Source: an uncultured Phycisphaerales bacterium (GTDB lineage Bacteria; Planctomycetota; Phycisphaerae; Phycisphaerales; SM1A02). Taken from it: a stretch of DNA of 64,000 bases. Positions within the stretch are counted from its first letter, which is position 1, and the number at the start of each line of letters is the position of its first letter. The notes under the pieces were generated by a model. The model saw only the letters and a list, made by a program, of their open reading frames with translations, was not told where the DNA came from and made no database searches. The stretch spans positions 56,515-120,514 of the forward strand of contig CALKEP010000033.1 in assembly GCA_938084645.1 (NCBI GenBank). The letters run 5' to 3'. This document shows, piece by piece, positions 59,005-64,000 of this stretch. Both the position numbers and the translations under genes were made by a program.

Positions 59005-60543
59005 TCAGCCGAGACGTTCGGCCGCCGACGCGAGGGTGGCGAGCCGTCGGGCGAGTCGGGTGGTCGTATCACCGCGTCGCATTCGCCAGCACCAGTTGCC
59101 GGTCGGTTCGCCGGGGCGGTTCATGCGGGCTCGCCGGCCGAGGCCCAGGAGATCCTGCATCTGGACGATCGCGGCATCGGCCGGGCTTGTGAACGCCAGC
59201 CGCGTCATGGCGTCGGCGGGTTCGGTGTCCGCGGCGGGTCCGGCGTACGCCGAGAAGCGACGCCGAGCCTCCTTGTCGATCGCCCGATACCAGCCCGCCA
59301 CGGTGTCGTTGTCGTGGCTCCCGGGGTAGACGGCGCAGGCCCGCGGGTAGTTGTGTGGAAGTTCTTCAGCAGCCTCCGGCGTCCCGAAGAAACCGCTCTG
59401 CAGAATCCGCATGCCGAGGAGTCCGAACCGATCGCGGAGAACACTCAGTTCCGGCGTCCGGTCTCCGAGATCCTCGGCGATGAACGGAAGCGGACCGAAT
59501 TCGCGGGCCAGCGAAGCGAGCAATTCCTCACCGGGCGTGCGACGCCACCGGCCGGTCCGCGGATCCGAAGTGTCGCGCGGAATCTCGAAGGCCTTTTGAA
59601 ATCCGACGAAGTGGTCGATCCGGACCAGATCGAACCGTTCGAGCGTGGTGCGGACGCGACTGCGCCACCAGGCCCAGTCTTCCGATCGGTGGGCGGCCCA
59701 CTTGTAGTGCGGGTGTCCCCAGAGCTGCCCGTGATCGACCGCGGTCGCGCCCCAGACCGACTGCGCGGCATCGTCGGGATCGGCCGAGGGGGGCACGCCG
59801 GTCAGGACCGTGGGATCCCCGTTTCGGTCGAGTCGAAAGAGATCCGGCCGTGACTCGACGTCGGCGCTGTCCGGCGCGCAGAAGATCGGCAGGTCGCCGA
59901 TGAGCCGGAGATCTCGATCGCGGGCATGTCGTCGGAGCCTGCTCCATTGACGGTCGAGGATGAACTGGATGAAGGCGTGGTAGGCCGGATCGTGATCCGC
60001 ATCGGTGTTGGAGCCACGGAGTCGGGACGGCGTCGAGGCATAACGACACCAGTCCTCGAGCCAGTCCGCCTGTCGCGTCCGGAACTCCTCGTACGCCGCG
60101 CCACGCAGGCCCATCTTCCCTCGCCGGGTCTGGAAGCATCGGAACGCCGCTTCCAGCAGCGGATGCTTCCAACGTCTGACGCGTCGCCAGGACGCGCGAC
60201 CTCGATCGTCGCCGGTCGAGGCCTCGCGTCCGATCCGGGTTGCGGACGTGGGCAGGTAGTCGTCCTCGACGAGGTCCGTGATCGAGGCGAGCATCGGTTC
60301 GATCGCGAAACTCGATCGAGCGCTGTAGGGGCAGTCTCCATCGCCGACGGGGCCGATCGGAAGCATCTGCCATCGGCGGAGACCGGCGGTCGAGGCCCAC
60401 GTCGCGAAACGACGGGCGGTGGGGCCGAGGTCGCCGATTCCGAACGCGCCATCGGTCGACGGGAGCGAGGTCGGATGGAGCAGCACGCCTGCGGATCGGT
60501 CGGCGAGCAGAGGATGAATGGTGGGCGCGTCGGGGGGGCTCAT
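59005..60543 (-). CDS. malQ: 4-alpha-glucanotransferase (amylomaltase, GH77)
   Basis: GVLLHPTSLP, WQMLPIGP, IGDLPIF, RIDHFVG, IAEDLG, YPGSHDNDT, RMNRPG..GNW. Confidence 0.95.
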   Translation of the reverse strand: MSPPDAPTIHPLLADRSAGVLLHPTSLPSTDGAFGIGDLGPTARRFATWASTAGLRRWQMLPIGPVGDGDCPYSARSSFAIEPMLASITDLVEDDYLPTSATRIGREASTGDDRGRASWRRVRRWKHPLLEAAFRCFQTRRGKMGLRGAAYEEFRTRQADWLEDWCRYASTPSRLRGSNTDADHDPAYHAFIQFILDRQWSRLRRHARDRDLRLIGDLPIFCAPDSADVESRPDLFRLDRNGDPTVLTGVPPSADPDDAAQSVWGATAVDHGQLWGHPHYKWAAHRSEDWAWWRSRVRTTLERFDLVRIDHFVGFQKAFEIPRDTSDPRTGRWRRTPGEELLASLAREFGPLPFIAEDLGDRTPELSVLRDRFGLLGMRILQSGFFGTPEAAEELPHNYPRACAVYPGSHDNDTVAGWYRAIDKEARRRFSAYAGPAADTEPADAMTRLAFTSPADAAIVQMQDLLGLGRRARMNRPGEPTGNWCWRMRRGDTTTRLARRLATLASAAERLG

Positions 60544-60689
60544 ACGGTGGATTTCGGCGGTTGATTATGTTCGAGATCGTGGGCGGAATCGCCGAAGGAT
60601 CGCGATGCGGGGCCGATGCAGGTCGAGAGTATGACATCCGGATCGATGTCCGGCATCCTCCATCGGGGCCGTGATGCGGTCGCGGATGA

Positions 60690-62429
60690 TCATCGAACGC
60701 GGGCCCACGCGCGGCCGGAGATGCCGGAGATCACGAAGGATGACGGCAGGCCGGGTTCGGGCTTCTCGCCGGGGAAGTGCGCGGTGTCCGGCGCCCCGAA
60801 CACCGGGGCCCACCCGTCGCCACCGAGATCGAGCTCCACTCGAGCCGGGTCGCTGCTCGCGTTCAGGACCACCAGCACGGATTCATCCGCGTCCTCCCGG
60901 AGGAAGGCCCAGACGTCCCGGTGGTCATCCACGAGGACGGTCTGGATGTCTCCGGTCCGAAGCGCGGCATGTCCGTTCCGGAGGGCGATCGCGTCCCGGT
61001 AGAAGGCGAGATGCTCCGGCATGACCGCCTGCCCCGGTTCGTCGTACGGCTCGAGATCCTCCCAGAGCATCGGCTTCCGATTGTTGGGATCGTCGGAGCC
61101 CCACATGCCGGCTTCGTCACCGTAGTAGATCATCGGCGCGCCGGGTGAAGTCATCTGGAGGAAGGCGAACAGCCGCGCCCGGCGATAGCAGTCTTCGGTC
61201 GGCTTGCCGCCGTCGTAGGTCGGATCGCCCTGTTCACGATTGCCCTCGTCGAAGGCGCGATCGGGATTGAAGATCTTGGAGACGAGCCTGTCGGTGTCGT
61301 GACTGTCTCCGAGATTCTGCATCACGGCCGTGACTTCCGGCGGGTAGGCGGCTCGAAGTTCGGCGAGTCGTCGATCGAGTTCGGACGCCGGAATCTTCAT
61401 CTCCTCGTGTCCGATCCAGGCGAGCGCCGCCTCGGCGAACGGGTAGTTCATCACCGCGTCGAAGGTGCGGCCATCGAGCCAGTGCGGTGCGGTTCTCCAG
61501 ATCTCGCCGACGATGTACGCATCGGGATTGATGCTCCGGACCAGTCGGCACCACTCGATCCAGAAGGACATCGGCACCTCCTCGGGAACGTCGAGGCGCC
61601 AGCCGTCGATGCCGTCGCTCGGATCGCCGTCGCCGTCGGGGTCCATCCATCGCCGGGTCACCGCCGCGAGATGGTCACGAAGGGTCCGCGAGGCGATTCC
61701 GTGTTCGGGGCTCTTGCGGAACGCGGGCAGTTCGTCGAATCCCGCCCAGCCGTCGTACTCGAACGGATCCCACGACCGGATGCTGAACCAGTCCGCGAAC
61801 GGGGATTCGACGCCTCGTTCCTTCACGTCGAGGAAGGCCGGATGGTCGACGCCGACGTGGTTGAAGACGCCGTCGAGAATCACTCGGAACCCTCGGCGCT
61901 TCGCCTCCCGCAGGAAATCGAGGAAGACGAGATCGCTTTCCGACCAGGTCCAGGTGGTCGGATCGTCGAGTCGCTCGCGGGCGATGGTGTCCGCGAAGTC
62001 CGGGGCGCCGGCGCCGAAGTGCTCATCGACATGTCGATAGTCGCTCGCGTTGTACTTGTGGTGCGTCGACGCCTGGAAGATCGGATTCAGGTAGATCGCG
62101 TTGACGCCGAGCGACTCCAGGTAGGGGAGCTGGTCCCGCAGGCCCTGAAGGTCGCCTCCGTAGTGTCGATCGAAGACGAAATGGTCGTAGAAGGTCTGGC
62201 CGTCGCGTCCCTCCCAGGGGCTGGGCTCGTACCAGGCGGCCGTCCAGGGGCGGACCGGATCCGGATCGTTGGAGCGATCACCGTCCCGGAATCGTTCGAC
62301 CATCACCTGGTACCAGACGGCGTGCTTCGCCCAGTCCGGGGTTCGGACCATCGGAATCTCGGACACGGGTTCAGACACCTGGTGAATTCCATCCGTGGAA
62401 GGTGAAGGCGGACTCGGTTCCGATCGCAC
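60690..62429 (-). CDS. GH13 alpha-amylase family glycosidase (neopullulanase/cyclomaltodextrinase-like)
   Basis: TPDWAKHAVWYQ, YGGDLQG, LDGVFNH, GWRLDV, VGEIW, DSHDTDR, PMIYYGDE. True start may be 62378 or 62351. Confidence 0.93.
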   Translation of the reverse strand: MRSEPSPPSPSTDGIHQVSEPVSEIPMVRTPDWAKHAVWYQVMVERFRDGDRSNDPDPVRPWTAAWYEPSPWEGRDGQTFYDHFVFDRHYGGDLQGLRDQLPYLESLGVNAIYLNPIFQASTHHKYNASDYRHVDEHFGAGAPDFADTIARERLDDPTTWTWSESDLVFLDFLREAKRRGFRVILDGVFNHVGVDHPAFLDVKERGVESPFADWFSIRSWDPFEYDGWAGFDELPAFRKSPEHGIASRTLRDHLAAVTRRWMDPDGDGDPSDGIDGWRLDVPEEVPMSFWIEWCRLVRSINPDAYIVGEIWRTAPHWLDGRTFDAVMNYPFAEAALAWIGHEEMKIPASELDRRLAELRAAYPPEVTAVMQNLGDSHDTDRLVSKIFNPDRAFDEGNREQGDPTYDGGKPTEDCYRRARLFAFLQMTSPGAPMIYYGDEAGMWGSDDPNNRKPMLWEDLEPYDEPGQAVMPEHLAFYRDAIALRNGHAALRTGDIQTVLVDDHRDVWAFLREDADESVLVVLNASSDPARVELDLGGDGWAPVFGAPDTAHFPGEKPEPGLPSSFVISGISGRAWARVR

Positions 62430-62641
62430 ACCACTTCATCGGCTCGACGAACGCGGAACCCGGTGATTCGGAGCGATGAAGTCCAGCGTCGCGCCGAGGG
62501 GGCGAAACTCCGGTGGATCCGCGGCGGGAAGTGGTGGGCGGCGGTGAGACCCGGATCCTCGGGTCCGGGAAGCCCGGGCCGATCGAGGCCGCGCCGAATC
62601 GTCCGTGCCTCGCGTGGAGCAAGGTACGGCTCCAGCCCGGG

Positions 62642-64000
62642 TCACGTCTCGTCGGTCCGCTCGGTCGTTCGACTCCCGGCCGGGGGTCTCGGGTCGTCGC
62701 GTTCCGGGACCTCCGCGCTCAGGACGGGTCGGTCGTTCTCTCCCTTGTCACGTCGTCGAGGCCCCCTGACGTGTCGGAGTCGGTTCGCGGCGTTGTGGGC
62801 CGCGATCTTGTAGACCTCGGCGAGGGTCGGATAGTTGAACACGCTGTTCATGAAGAAATCGAGCCCGCCGCCGAGCGAGATGACCGCCTGCCCGATGTGC
62901 ACGAGCTCCGTGGCGTTCGTGCCGATGCAGTGGACGCCGAGGAGATCGTGGGACTCCCGATGGAACAGCATCTTGAAGGTTCCGGTGTCGTCGCCGAGGA
63001 TCTGGCCTCGTGCGGTCTCGCGGTATCGGGCGACGCCGACTTCGTAGGGGATCCGATCCCGGGTGAGCTGTTCCTCGGTCGCGCCGCACATCGAGATCTC
63101 CGGTACCGCGTAGATCCCGTAGGGATAGAGACTGCCGAAGTTCTCCGCCTCGAAGCCGAACATCCGGCAGGCGGCGATCCGCCCTTGTTCGCTGCTGGTC
63201 GCCGCCAGGGCGGGAAAACCGACCACGTCGCCCGCCGCGTAGATGTTGGCGACGTTGGTGCGGAACGCCTCGTCGACCGGAATCCGGCCTCGATCGTCGG
63301 TCTCCACGCCCGCGCTGCCGAGATGCAGCGGTCCGGTGGCGGGGGCGCGCCCGATCGAGAAGAGGACGCAGTCGGCGATGATTCGCTTGCCGCTCTCCAG
63401 CTCCAACTCGACTTCGGGTCGGCCCTCGTCGAAGACCTCGACCCGGGCCACCGCCTCGCCGAGTCGGAAGGTCACGTCCTTCTTGCGCATCTGGTGCATC
63501 AGCTCGTCGACGATCTCGTGATCCACGAAGTCGAGCAGTTGATCGCGTCGATCGACCAGTGTCACCTGGACCCCCGCGGTCGCGAAGATCGACGCATACT
63601 CGACGCCGATGACGCCACCGCCCACGACCGCGAGGTTCGACGGCAGGCTCTCCATCTTGAGCACGTCGTCCGAGGTCATGATCAGCTTTCCATCGCTGGG
63701 GCCGGTGGGAGGGGCGGCCGCATTCGTGCCGCAGGCCACCATGATGTTCTCGGCGGTGACCGCGCGGGTCCCGGCGTCGTTGCTGATCGCGACGCGATGG
63801 GCGTCGAGGAAGGACGCCTCTCCATCGAGCACGGTGATGTCGTTCCGGGCGAGGCTGTTGCGAACGACGCGTGTCTCGGACGCGATCACCTCGTCGACCC
63901 GGGCGATGAGATCCGACATCTCGGGACGCTTGCGAATGCCGTATCCGTCGTCGCCGACGCCTCCGACGCTGGAAAGGATCGCTTCACGGAGGGTCTTCGA
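62642..64000 (-). CDS. sthA: soluble pyridine nucleotide transhydrogenase (N-terminus beyond the window end)
   Basis: SKTLREA at the window edge, VVGGGVIGVEYAS, IYAAGDVVGFPALAATSSEQGR, GIYAVPEIS, ATELVHIGQ, FNYPTLAEVYKIAA. Confidence 0.88.
   Translation of the reverse strand, partial: SKTLREAILSSVGGVGDDGYGIRKRPEMSDLIARVDEVIASETRVVRNSLARNDITVLDGEASFLDAHRVAISNDAGTRAVTAENIMVACGTNAAAPPTGPSDGKLIMTSDDVLKMESLPSNLAVVGGGVIGVEYASIFATAGVQVTLVDRRDQLLDFVDHEIVDELMHQMRKKDVTFRLGEAVARVEVFDEGRPEVELELESGKRIIADCVLFSIGRAPATGPLHLGSAGVETDDRGRIPVDEAFRTNVANIYAAGDVVGFPALAATSSEQGRIAACRMFGFEAENFGSLYPYGIYAVPEISMCGATEEQLTRDRIPYEVGVARYRETARGQILGDDTGTFKMLFHRESHDLLGVHCIGTNATELVHIGQAVISLGGGLDFFMNSVFNYPTLAEVYKIAAHNAANRLRHVRGPRRRDKGENDRPVLSAEVPERDDPRPPAGSRTTERTDET

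Overview
High-GC bacterial chromosomal window. It is most likely from a planctomycete (Phycisphaerae-like); this is inferred from the groEL-groES-groEL order, two secreted proteins with C-terminal dockerin-like repeats, tandem DUF1080 genes, two sulfatases and a PWDYCC lipoprotein. About 50 CDS and one tRNA-Glu(CTC) are supported. Housekeeping genes: groEL x2, groES, a MoxR ATPase, queC, gyrB, exonuclease I, mscS, rfbA and sthA. Sugar metabolism: xylB, a GH38/SSS/GH2 mannoside locus and a GH13-malQ-glgP alpha-glucan cluster. Also present are a partial hydroxyproline catabolic cluster, an exosortase-EpsI fusion and a multi-PAS kinase with three stand-alone receivers. The best candidate for an undescribed system is a seven-gene TolC/adaptor/type VII ABC operon (14306-21591) bracketed by a Cys-rich small protein and a Cys/His-rich lipoprotein, which suggests metal trafficking. 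Other notable signals: many genes with a TANNNT box 6-9 nt before the start codon (probable leaderless mRNAs), a candidate anti-Shine-Dalgarno sRNA at about 32.3-32.5 kb, and a GroEL carrying both a His-rich and a GGM tail. No integrase, transposase, CRISPR array or rRNA was recognised. All calls come from motif recognition by eye; no database search was run and many start codons are best guesses.
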